Positions 13,196 through 24,019 of a stretch of 64,000 bases of DNA are shown here, piece after piece; within the stretch, counting starts at the first letter, position 1, and every line of letters begins with the position of its first letter. The notes under the pieces were generated by a model. It was not told the DNA's origin. It worked only from the letters and a program-made list of their open reading frames with translations, and searched no databases. The translations under genes were made by a program, and so were the position numbers. The stretch comes from Podarcis gaigeae (lineage: Eukaryota): the NCBI GenBank assembly GCA_964106915.2, contig OZ066919.1, one strand, 5' to 3'.

Positions 13196-14314
13196 TCAGT
13201 GAAGCACTAAGCTGCCCAGACTTTCCACCTTGGTCCCCAGCTGCGATGGCTCCTGAGAGGGAAGAGACACTGTGGGGAGGGCAGTAGTGGCTGCTGCGGC
13301 GGCTACCGCCACCGCCGGGTTTTCCCCTCCAGGTAGCACTAAGCGGGCACAACGGCGGAACTCCTCGTTCTTCCACGTATAGAGCAGCGGGTTGAAGGCG
13401 GAGAGAGAGCAGAAGAGCAGCCAGCTGGCGATCTGCAGCCCCCGGGGCATGGGCCAGAAGAAAAAGCCCAGCAAGCTGACCCACACCAGAGGCTGCGTGG
13501 CCAGGAGGAACGCGAGACAGAGGAGCAAGACGGAGATGCTGCTGAGGCGCCGGGCCCGGCGGGGAGCCGCCGGAGCTGCTGGGAAGGGCAGCTGCTGGAG
13601 CAGGTGGAAGTTGAGGACGCTGACGCGCTTGACACTACCCCTCACCCTCCTGACAATCCCCATATAGCAGTAGAGCAGGAGGATTGTCTGGCTGAGGACA
13701 GCCAGGGCTACCAGAAGGCCCATGTAGTTCGAGCTCTTGGTACTGGTGCCATTTCGAGACTCCTGTCGGCTGGGTTGCCACATCTGCAGTCCTGGGGGGA
13801 CGGAGGCGAGGAGGAGGGCCAGCCCCCAGGACAAACTGATCATCCAGGCCGTGTGCTTCCTCTGGTAAACAGCCTGGTACGTGATGGGCGGCTTGGTGAT
13901 GAGGACATAGCGGTTGAGGGCCACCAGCAGGTGGGAGAGCAGTGAGACGATGAGCCCAAGGCCCACCAGCCCAGCACGGAGCAAGCGGTACCCTTCTGAC
14001 CGCACTGTCGGGGACCCGGAAGGGAGCAGTCCCTGCACCGCTTCTTGCGGCATCCAAAGGCCACAGACACTCAGGTCCGCAACGCAACCGTTGACAATGA
14101 AAGCGTTGCTGGTGGTGCGTAGTTTCCTGAAGGTGAAGACCAGGTAGATGACCATGATGTTGGATATGGTCCCGTAGATGGCTAGCAGCAAGTAGAAGAG
14201 AGACAAAGAGATCCTCGTCCCCAGGGAGTCTTCTTCACAAAGCAGCTGTTGCAAGGATCTAGAGCTCCAGGAGGAGGAGGAGGAGGAAGAAGAGGAGAAG
14301 GAGATATTGGGCAT
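13196..14314 (-). CDS. GPR88: G protein-coupled receptor 88 (orphan class A GPCR), single coding exon, 372 aa
   Basis: Translation matches recalled GPR88 motifs: LLCEEDS, RKLRTTSNAFIVNGCVADLSVCGLWMPQEAV, LVALNRY, VKRVSVLNFHLL, LATQPLVWVSL, NPLLYTWKNEEFRR. Seven hydrophobic segments. First ATG is at 14314 (the ORF-track start at 14347 is TTG). Lies next to CDC14A on the same strand, as in mammals. Confidence 0.97.
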   Translation of the reverse strand: MPNISFSSSSSSSSSWSSRSLQQLLCEEDSLGTRISLSLFYLLLAIYGTISNIMVIYLVFTFRKLRTTSNAFIVNGCVADLSVCGLWMPQEAVQGLLPSGSPTVRSEGYRLLRAGLVGLGLIVSLLSHLLVALNRYVLITKPPITYQAVYQRKHTAWMISLSWGLALLLASVPPGLQMWQPSRQESRNGTSTKSSNYMGLLVALAVLSQTILLLYCYMGIVRRVRGSVKRVSVLNFHLLQQLPFPAAPAAPRRARRLSSISVLLLCLAFLLATQPLVWVSLLGFFFWPMPRGLQIASWLLFCSLSAFNPLLYTWKNEEFRRCARLVLPGGENPAVAVAAAAATTALPTVSLPSQEPSQLGTKVESLGSLVLH

Positions 14315-16528
14315 TGTGTGGCACACAAATGAGGCTCTCCAGACCAACCCTCAGCACTGCTCGGTTCTGGAGAAGGCTAAGCTGAGCCAGGAAGAAATCC
14401 AGGAAAATCTCCTAGACCAGGCAGAACACAGCAGGAGCCAAAGCAGATAGTCAGAAAAGTACCAAACATACATGACGTCCCAGAATGTAGACGGTGATCT
14501 CCAAAACAGGCAAAGAGCAAGACTGGATCCCATGGAAAAACACCAACTTCTCAGATCGTGACAGGTCTCCAGAGTCAGTTGTTGGCAGAGGTGAAAGAAG
14601 GGATACGTGAGTCTTCTTCACCGTATTTCTACACAGAGGAGGCTGCAAGTATTCCAGATCACGAAAGAACAAGCTTGCCGATGGATCCAAGGCTGGTGTT
14701 TGCAAGCCAGGCAAGCAGAAGGAAGGCGAAATCCAGAGCTTGCCTCCAAATCTCCATGACTGCAGCAAAGTTAGATTCTCCTGGTCGAGTGCAGCCAGCA
14801 ACGAGTGCCCAAAGACAGGCAGGCGAGCGAGGAAGCAAGCAAGGCAGAAAAAAAAGAAACCTCAGCTGTGGAAATACCAGGAGTCCCAGCACCCTCTGGG
14901 CAATGGCCTCAAGAGTGGCAGCAGCTCATCTGAAGACCTGGAGCATCTTCTCTCGCTTTACAGCATGCACACTGTATTATCAGCCTGGGGAAATTCGGCG
15001 CTTCCCATCTTGATGAATTATTCAGCAGGTTTCAGGCTTGCGAGAGCAGGAGAGAGGGAGAGGGAGGGGAGGGGGAAAAGAAAAAGAAAGAACCAGCTTG
15101 CACTGAAAAGCCTGCAATTACAGAGACAGATCTCTCTCCCCCTGCCTCCATTGCCACCCACTGGAGTTCTCAAATCACACCCCTCTGGTCTCTTCCTGGA
15201 CCTCTCCTGTAGCACTGATTTTCAGGATAGAGAAGAAATTCCTTTGCTCACATCTACTTCCATTTCCTCCGACTCCCCTCCGTGAGGATGTGGTTGGTTT
15301 ATTTCCTCCTTTCCCCCTTTTTTTTAAAAATAAAAAAAATCTAATTTTAGATCAAATCTTTAGTTGCAATATGGGGAGGAAAAAACCACGCTCTTGCTTA
15401 AAACATTCTGCTCCTTGGCAACACAGTCTTCATCATATCACTGTGCCGATTCTCTAGTGTATTTTTGCCATAGGGTTCCCCCACCTCCGGAAACCTGTCC
15501 TTGTGAACGCAAAGCATCGTGGCAACGGAGCTGAGAAAGGTACAAAATAGGAGGGATGAAGTACATGGCTTTTCCTAAGAGAGGGAGGGGGCAGGTGCTG
15601 TCCTTATATTGAAAGCTGTCGATTAAAAAAGTGATCTCCCTGCCTGAAAATGCCCAAGGTGGGTGCACCAAAATGCCCCAATCCAACAAGGTGGAAGTTT
15701 CCCATGGGCTTGGTCTGGGGGGCGGGGGATGGACAGCTGCTCCCCCTCAGTCAAGTAAATAAATAAATAAAATACTTAACTAAAAGTAGGAATGATCACA
15801 ATATTTGAAAGCACTCACAGAGGTCACTTGGATGATGTCGTGGCGCATTCGAGAGATGCAACCGACAGAGCGATAGGCGTGGCTTCTGCAAACCAACAAA
15901 TCGCATCCCAGGTAGCTCAGCTTCTGGAAGCTTCTCATCGTTCCTGGCCGTCTCTCCTGAGAGTACGCCCCTGCGAGGCCTGTCTAGAAACGACTAGAAA
16001 TTCCCCACAGGCTATTTATACTGCGGAAAGCCCCCAGGCCCCAGTCAACGATGTTATTGTTATTATTTTTATTTAATTCCCTAGTTTTGAAACCACTGAA
16101 GATTTTGACAGATTTTTCCCCGAGAGCTTGAGGTCAACAGAAAGTCATTTAAAACAACTGTTGGGGAGACGGTTCATTCCGAATCTGCTAGACGGAGCCA
16201 GACGGAGCATGATGACAAGTGGGTGCCCCCCCCAACATAAATGCTGCTACGCCCAAGAAGTTGTCTACTAGGCTTGTAGCTGATGCGAATTCCAGACACC
16301 TTATACTTTCTGGATGTGTGTTTCAATGCACATGGGGAGATACATACCTATTCAGAGACTGTACGGAGGACAAAAAGGCGACTCGGGTCACATTTCAAAG
16401 CCAAATCGACCCAATCCGCAGTTTCTGAAATGCAGGCACCCCCCACTTACGCGCAGCTGACTTGTGGGCAACCGCACATGCATGCTTCGCCAGGAAATAA
16501 TTAAATAAATAGAACGGTACCAGGAAGT

Positions 16529-17209
16529 ACATCCAAAAAACGAAGACCATGGCCACTGGGCCCATCACCTCCTGGCAAATAGAAGGGGAAGAAATGGAGG
16601 CAGTGAGAGATTTTACTTTCTTGGGCTCCATGTTCACTGCAGATGGTGACAACAGTCACGAAATTAAAAGACGCCTGCTTCTTGGGAGGAAAGCAATGGC
16701 AAACCTAGACAGCATCTTAAAAAGCAGAGACCTCACCTTGCCAACAAAGGTCCGTATAGTTAAAGCTATGGTTTTCCCAGTAGTGATGTATGGAAGTTAG
16801 AGCTGGACCATAAAGAAGGCTGATCGCCGAAGAATTGATGCTTTTGAATTCTGGTGCTGCAGGAGACTCTTGAGAGTTCCATGGACTGCAAGAAGATCAA
16901 ACACATCCATTCTTAAGGAAATCAGCCCTGAGTGCTCACTGGAAGGACAGATCATGAAGCTGAGGCTCCAAGACTTTGGCCACCTCATGAGAAGAGAAGA
17001 CTCCCTGGAAAAGACCCTGATGTTGGGAAAGATGGAGGGCACAAGGAGAAGGGGACAACAGAGGACGAGATGGTTGGATAGTGTTCTCGAAGCTACCAGC
17101 ATGAGTTTGACCAAACTGCGGGAGGCAGTGGAAGACAGTAGTGACTGGCATGCTCTGGTCCATGGGGTCATGAAGAGTCAGACATGACTAAACGACTAAA
17201 CAACAACAA
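16529..17209 (+). mobile_element. Bov-B (RTE) LINE, 5'-truncated, RT C-terminal region
   Basis: Peptides EIKRRLLLGRKAMANLDSILKSRD...VKAMVFPVVMYG and RVPWTARRSN...GHLMRREDSLEKTLMLGK are in one frame with one premature TAG (16798-16800); (CAA)n tail; TSD accaggaagt. Confidence 0.95.
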
Positions 17210-18569
17210 ACCAGGAAGTGGAAGGAGAGCTCTGGAGATCTCCTCAGAGCCTGGAGAAGATGTCAGCGAGGGCAGATGAAGCCCCAAAGAGACCTGAGGT
17301 ACAGTGGGGCTTTGTTTAGGCTGCTCAGCTCCCCGTCTAGCAGCCGACACTCGGGGGAGCGAAGCAGTAGCTGCACAGATGCTTTACTGCGCATCATCCA
17401 GCCTCCAGCCGGCCCCAGAGCTTCGGCTCAAGTTGGAGAGGGAGCTGTGTGGAGAGAAAGCTGGACAGCAGGAAGAAACGGGTTTTTTGAGGCTTTTAAG
17501 AGGTTTTTTAGAGGGTGCTCCCCATTTTATGCGAGTTCACTTATGTGTATGGGCTCCCGGAATGTAACCCCCCACATAAATGGGGTGGGGGGAACGCCTA
17601 TAAAACGAAAACTGAAGCACAGCCATCCGCATTCATCCAAAATTATTAATAAATTATGCAGTTCTCCAACCAAGTACGGTTTACAAAAATCCATATGTGT
17701 AACGTAAAAAAATATGCATAAATATGAATATATTGGAGAAAATAACATTCAAAAATGCGTTCTTTTAGGAGGAATTGCTTGCAAAAATCTGGACTCTATA
17801 AGTCAAAGCTGCATACAAAAATGTGCCTATTGGGATAAATTGACAACAACCTGCGGAAGAATTTTCACGAGGATTGCAAATTGCTGCCGAAATGTGGAGA
17901 ATTGGATTTAAGATTTGAGAAGAATCGGGAACAGAGAGGGCTGAAATTGCTCTGTCTCTAATTCAGAGTTACCAACACTGATTTACAACTGGATTAAAAC
18001 CAAATCCTCTCTTCCCTCTCTCTCTCTTTCTTTTTTCTTTCTTTCTTTTTGGGTGGGGGGAGGCACAAATCATAATGCTGGTTCTTCATTGTGATGCTCC
18101 CATTATGTAAGGCCCTTCCAAGAGAGGCTCTTCTATAGCCACCTGCTGCTCTTTTGCTCCCAGGCAAAGAATATGTATCCATTTGACCAGACAGAACGTG
18201 AACCCACTGTTAAGGTTTTGTCAACTGATTTTTTTTTTTAATGCTGCTGTTCTGTTTTGTGCATATTTTACTGAGATTTTCTATTGCTCTTGTTTTTCCT
18301 TTTGCTATTCCCTTGTATGCCACTGTCATAAATAAACAAAATTATTTATTAAACTTAAAAAGACTGTACAGCAAATACAAACTTGCATCAATGGAAGGAC
18401 AGCATTTTGAAAGTAAATTATTCAATAAATTAACAAAATAGTGGATAAGAATGAAACATCCCAAGCAGCAGCATTCTAAAACCAAGGCATTTTCATTCAT
18501 TCATCTTCTCTTTATCTACTTACGGACAGATTTTGTGAACACTTCTGTATATTTTTGAGGACCGGTACA

Positions 18570-18630
<61 letters not shown>

Positions 18631-18672
18631 TTATACCCCGCCCACCTGGCTGGGTTTCCCCAATCACTCTGG
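18570..18672 (-). mobile_element. L2-type LINE 3' end with expanded (AAT)n tail
   Basis: (aat)~19 followed by cccgcccacctggctgggtttcccc, matching the 3' end of the 39920 copy. Confidence 0.7.
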
Positions 18673-19012
18673 GTTTCCTCAGCAATGCACATCACTTGCG
18701 AACTCTACATTTGACGTCTTGCAGCATATGCAAAGCTTTGCCTGTACACACCATACATTTAAAACACATTTAAAGCACCCACTCAAATCACTCTGGGAAC
18801 TGTAGTTCAACCCCCACCCCCAGGGCTATGATTCCCAGCACACTTAACAAACGGCAGTTCCCAGTATTTTTGGGGTGTGTGTGTGTGTGTGCTTTAAATA
18901 TATTATATCAATGCAGCCTATATGAAGATCACATAAAGTAAACTGAAGCGATAAAATCTAAAGGCAGCTAAGCAGGCCATACCAGTTCAGATAGCAGATG
19001 GGGACATACTCT

Positions 19013-19015
<3 letters not shown>

Positions 19016-19060
<45 letters not shown>

Positions 19061-19172
19061 TTTGTACCCCGTGCATCTGACTGGGTTGCACCAGCCACTA
19101 TGGGTGGCGTCCAGCATATACAAAAACATAATTAAACATGAAAAACTTCCCTACACAGGGCTACCTTCAGAT
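19016..19172 (-). mobile_element. L2-type LINE 3' end with (AAT)n tail
   Basis: (aat)n then catctgactgggttgcaccagccac...aaaaacttccctacacagggctaccttcagatg. Confidence 0.7.
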
Positions 19173-19968
19173 GCCTGTATGCTCCTGTGTGTTAAACAAG
19201 CAAACAAAATCCAAAATTGCAAAGTTAAAAACCTCTAGTACAACAGCAAGGTAGGTTTATCTCGCAGCCTTATCTCTACCAGAAAGCAGGTTGTTTTTGT
19301 TAGAATGTGATCCATCCCCATCTGCTGTAATTGCCCTACAAACAATCCTGTATCTGAGGGTAAGGGGGGGGGGCATCTAGCTGTAGATATTCCTTGGAGG
19401 AGAGGAAAAAACACTCCACACATGCTTAAAGAAGCACTTGCTCTGTATTACCTCACCTGTTTCAGGACAGGGATGGGGAAGTTGCGGCCTTCCACCTGTC
19501 GTTGGACTACAACTCCCATCATCCCTGACCTTTAAGCCATTCTGGCCGGGGCTGATGGGAGTTGGAGTCCAACAACATCTGGAGGAGCCAGAGTTTTGGT
19601 GTGCAAATATTGAAAATATGGCTTCAGACTATACCACTGGCTGTGACTGATGGCTGCTATCATCGGACGCCTCCGCCCATACACGATCAAAGCTAGACTT
19701 GGATATCAGCTGCAAATAATAGTAGTGTTGTCTGTCGAGCTAAATGCTCTAAAAGTGGAGAGGTTTCTTTGCTGTAAAAACAGCTGAAACATGTCAAAGG
19801 GGCTATGTAGCCTGTGAACATCTGCAACACCTCCTTGCATTTTTACAATTTCTGGTGTATAATAATTTAAAAAAAAAAAAATCAAGGGCGCATGCTTTGG
19901 CCATGCACCAGGAAGCCCAACGGTGCATGTTTGCTTCCAGATGCACAGATCCATCAAACAACTTAGCC

Positions 19969-20295
19969 CATGGGTAGGCAAACTAAGGCCCGGGGGCCGG
20001 ATCCGGCCCAATCGCCTTCTAAATCTGGCCCATGGATGGTCTGGGAACCAGCGTGCTTTTACATGAGTAGAATGTGTCCTTTTATTTAAAATGTATCTCT
20101 GGGTTATTTGTGGGGCCTGCCTGGTGTTTTTACATGAGTAGAATGTGTCCTTTTATTTAAAATGCATCTCTGGGTTATTTCTGGGGCACAGAAATTCGTT
20201 CATTTCCCCCCCCCCAAAAAAATATAGTCCGGCCCCCCCACAAGGTCTGAGGGACAGTGGACCAGCCCCCTGATGAAAAAGTTTGCTGACCCCGG
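19969..20295. mobile_element. hAT Charlie MITE (OposCharlie1/OC1-like)
   Basis: catgggtaggcaaactaaggcccggggg...ggtctgagggacagtggaccagccccctg..aaaaagtttgctgacccc; internal ~60-bp tandem duplication. Confidence 0.8.
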
Positions 20296-21008
20296 CGGCT
20301 TAGCCTTTATCCAACTGCAAAGACATGATTACAGCCTCCCACGCTGTATGCAGTTGCCATGCAAAAAGTGGGAACTGGCCCTGGGCGGGCAAAACCATTA
20401 CAAAGAAACGAAAGCTACTCAAATCATGGGAATGGCAATTTCTTGTGTGTCCCCCCCCCCCCCATGGCTTTTGGAGCTGAAAACCACCTCCTGATGCCCT
20501 CACACTGCACTGGAACGAGGAACATGGTTTGAACACGCCTCTCTAAGCTGCCTTGGAAAGATCAAGAGCCGCAATGAGTGCAAAAGCACAGCCGCCATTG
20601 AAACTGTGAAGTGCTAGCCTGGCAATGGCAGTCCAACGTGCTGCTCCCGCCACCTCCTCTTCTTCCGTAACTTCCCCTTCCCAAGATGCCAGCCTGCACT
20701 TAGAACGAAAGACAAAACCCCACAGAGCAATTCCTGTTCTCTGCATGTTAAAAAAAGAGAAGTGTTCCCTTTCTTAAGAGATCACTTTCAGAAAGGGTAA
20801 GAAATGCAGTTAGCAGTCACTGAAAGGCTGTGGCGCTGGGAACATCTCGTCTTAAATCCAGATGAGCAGCTGTCAGTCAGTGTGGACAATACTGAGATAT
20901 ATGCATCAGAGGTCCGACTCAGTAAGGTCATTTAGGCAGTGTGCAATCAAGTTTGTTTTTTTGGAGGGGGTGGTGGAAATGGCATGATTATAGTATTAAA
21001 TTTATATA

Positions 21009-21576
21009 CCGTATCTTTCGCTCTATGAGACGCACTTTTCCCCTCCTAAAAAGGGGAAATGTGTGTGTGTGTTATGGAGCGAATGCAGGCTGCGCAGCTT
21101 TCGCCGAAGCCTCCTGAGCGCAGTGGGAGCACTCCCGCTGTGCTCTGGAGGCTTTGTGTTGCTTTCACTGAAGCCAGGAGAGCAAGAGGATCGATCCCTC
21201 TTGCTCTCCTGTCTTCGCTTCGCTGGAGAGCCGCTGCGCAGCTTTCTCTCTCTGCGCAGCGCCCCTTCAGCGAAGCGGGAGGAGAAATGGAAGGGGCTCT
21301 GCTTCTCCTGCCACTTCGCTGAAGGGGTGCTGCGCAGAGAGGGGGAGCTGCACAGCGCTCCCTCAGCAAAGCAGGAGGGGAAACAGAGCCCCTTCCATTT
21401 CTCCTCCCGCTTTGCTGGAGAGGCGCTGAGCAGAGAGGGAGAGAACGTTTTTTTTCTTGTTCTCCTCCTCTAAAACTAGATGCATCTTATGATCGGGTGC
21501 CTCTTATATGCATCTTATATGGTTGAAAAATACGGTGTATCTTGTGTGGTGCGTCTTATATAGTCGAAAAATCTGG
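21009..21576. mobile_element. Tc2/pogo-like MITE (CCGTAT TIR) with GC-rich palindromic interior and duplicated right terminus
   Basis: TA|CCGTATCTTTCG ... AAAAATACGG (21535) and a second end CGAAAAATCTGG|TA (21576). Confidence 0.75.
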
Positions 21577-21611
21577 TACTGCCTTTTCTCTGAGGATCAC
21601 AGTGCGGTATA

Positions 21612-21853
21612 CAGTGGTACCTCAGGTTAAGTACTTAATTCGTTCTGGCGGTCCGTACTTAACCTGAAACTGTTCTTAACCTGAAGCACCACTTTAGCTA
21701 ATGGGGCCTCCCGCTGCTGCCACGCTGCCGGAGCACGATTTATGTTCTCATCCTGAAGCAAAGTTCTTAACCTGAAGCACTATTTCTGGGTTAGCGGAGT
21801 CTGTAACCTGAAGCGTATGTAACCTGAAGTGTATGTAACCTGAGGTACCACTG
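21612..21853. mobile_element. Tigger-like MITE
   Basis: TA|CAGTGGTACCTCAGGTTA ... TAACCTGAGGTACCACTG|TA. Confidence 0.9.
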
Positions 21854-21869
21854 TACAGCGTAAAAACAC

Positions 21870-22730
21870 TGTCATGTCACTCCAGCACATACTGCAGTTG
21901 TATGTACAGCCTCACATAGCTTAGCAGATTCAAGCGGAAATCACACCAAACAAGGGAGCAACCCAGCACCAGAGACTACAAGCTGTTGTTTCTCCTGCTT
22001 CTTGCTGGATATGCCACAAGGAATTTGTGATCCCTCTGTGTGCCATTTATGGCACCTATGCTGTCAGCTGGCCACATAGGGGAGAACTGCTAAACCCAGT
22101 GTTATGGTTGTAAGGGGGTTACTTGTGTGTAAATTGCCTTCGGTTTAGTTTGATTGCTTGCCCAACCATGCTTAGGCTCACAGCTCGCCCTCCGTGACCT
22201 GTTGGTCACTTGCAGAATCCGTCAGTGGGCGTTTCTTGAACCTCTTCCAGCATAAAAGCTGTTTGACGCCAAGTCTCCGCCTATGTTCCCTGCGCGGAAC
22301 TCGTCTGCGCAAGGGGAAGGCTGGGGCGTGCCAGCGCTCTCTCCACTAGTTTCTGGTGAAGGGTCTCGGAGCCCTGTCTCCAATTCCTCCATCTCCCTCT
22401 CTTCTCTACTGGTGTTACGCTGAATTCCTTCCCCCCTGCTGGTCCCCTCTCCGGCATCGCTCTGGAGCCCTGCCTCCGCCTCTCGCTCTGATGTCAGTTC
22501 CCTGACACCCAGAGATTGAAACGCCTAAATCTAGATGGTCCAACATGCAGCCCCACCCCCAAGGCTTTTTGGGGCAGCTCTCTGCAGCATTTGACACTGC
22601 CCCTAGCCCTCACGCTACCTTCCTCCTGGGAAGGCTTGGACAGGGTCTGAGTGTCTTCTGGCCTCCTTCCTCAAGACTGAATGAATTTGTTCCGAAAAGG
22701 TAATCCGAGAAGGATTGGCTGTTCATGAAA
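21870..22730 (-). mobile_element. Candidate solo LTR (Gypsy-like), degenerate
   Basis: Ends TGTCATG ... CATGAAA (near-inverted); purine-rich ORF-like half and a CCATAAAT TATA-like box on the minus strand; no clear TSD. Confidence 0.4.
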
Positions 22731-23294
22731 CGACTTGCAGTAAAACATCTACGGAAGGATCGACATTACAGAGACCTCTTTTCAGAAAAATTGCATCCTT
22801 TTATTAGATGCATGAATAGCGCTAAACTGCAAGAAAATGTCAGGCGAGAAATCATTTCAGTGGTATAAAATGTTTTACAGGGAAAGATAAAATGGGACTT
22901 TTCACTAGAAAATGTAAAGCAGATGCCTTTAGGAGAATATCTACACCCACACCCACACAGCTCAGTGTGTTGAGAAAGCAAAAAGGACCGAGCAGGAGCA
23001 GCAAAGAGGCTTCAAGCTGCTCTCTGGGTAGCCACATCATCGTGGTAAGGTAACCCATAATATGGCTTGCCATATACTGTCATGCGAACCGGGCTGCTAT
23101 GAGCAGACTGAAATGGCAAGGCATTGATGGGAATTCCATATAAACGTGCATATACACTACAAAAAAGTTGCTTTTGTTCTGATTTATGTCTGTTCCGCTT
23201 CAGTAGTAAAAAGTGGAAGTGGAAATGTGTGGAAACTTCTAACATTTCTTTATTAATTTCAGGCCAGATAGCTACTCCCCAGGCCTTGCTTATA

Positions 23295-23531
23295 CAGTGG
23301 TACCTCGGGTTAAGAACTTAATTCGTTCCGGAGGTCCGTTCTTAACCTGAAACTGTTCTTAACCTGAAGCACTACTTTAGCTAATGGGGCCTCCTGCTGC
23401 CGCCGCGCCGCCAGAGCACAATTTCTGTTCTCATCCTGAACAGGTACTATCCAAGGTACTATTTCTGGGTTAGCGGAGTCTGTAACCTGAAGCGTTGTAA
23501 CCTGAAGCGTCTGTAACCCGAGGTGCCACTG
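23295..23531. mobile_element. Tigger-like MITE (same family as 21612)
   Basis: TA|CAGTGGTACCTCGGGTTA ... TAACCCGAGGTGCCACTG|TA. Confidence 0.9.
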
Positions 23532-24019
23532 TACAGGGTTTTCCTATTCTCTATGAAGAAACACTCTCTACTTGCTCATGGTTAGCCTCCTGGTAGGTCT
23601 GCCAAACACCTTTCAGCTAACACAGCAAGGGGACACCTTTGTACATGATGCCGACATGTTTTTTTTTAGCACAACAAGATTGAGAGGATGGTTTAAAACA
23701 AATGCGAATGCTTTAGAAGAGATGTTGGCCATGGTTGGGAAGAAATAAGGCTGGCCTCAATTGCAAGACCAGGAACAGGAAGACTGTGAGGGGTCCCTAA
23801 GACAAGGTTGCCACCAGAACAAGAAAGACCAGCATTCAAGAAATGAGCAGCGAGAGGAGTGGGTAGCTGCAAGAGTGAAATAATCCACATTAACAGCTAC
23901 TGTGAAGGAAGGCTTGAATTTGAGGGACGGTGGTTTTAGATTCTAGGGGGTCCTCCAAATACATTTCACAAAACTGAAGTATTGGGTGCACCAGCACCTG
24001 ATTAAAACAAAGAAATTAA

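Noticed and set aside
12822-14147. Overlapping ORFs of 76-220 aa on both strands around GPR88
   Set aside because: Shadow frames of a GC-rich CDS running into a MITE; no recognisable protein
14315-14347. ORF-track N-terminal extension of GPR88 (MVWRASFVCHT)
   Set aside because: Starts at TTG; homology and the first ATG place the start at 14314
15790-16080. CpG-containing segment with a TATA-like motif (possible LTR fragment or GPR88 promoter)
   Set aside because: No termini, TSD or second copy visible; cannot be assigned from sequence alone
16549-17187. Bov-B ORF fragments as a host gene
   Set aside because: 5'-truncated retrotransposon with a premature stop, TSD and (CAA)n tail
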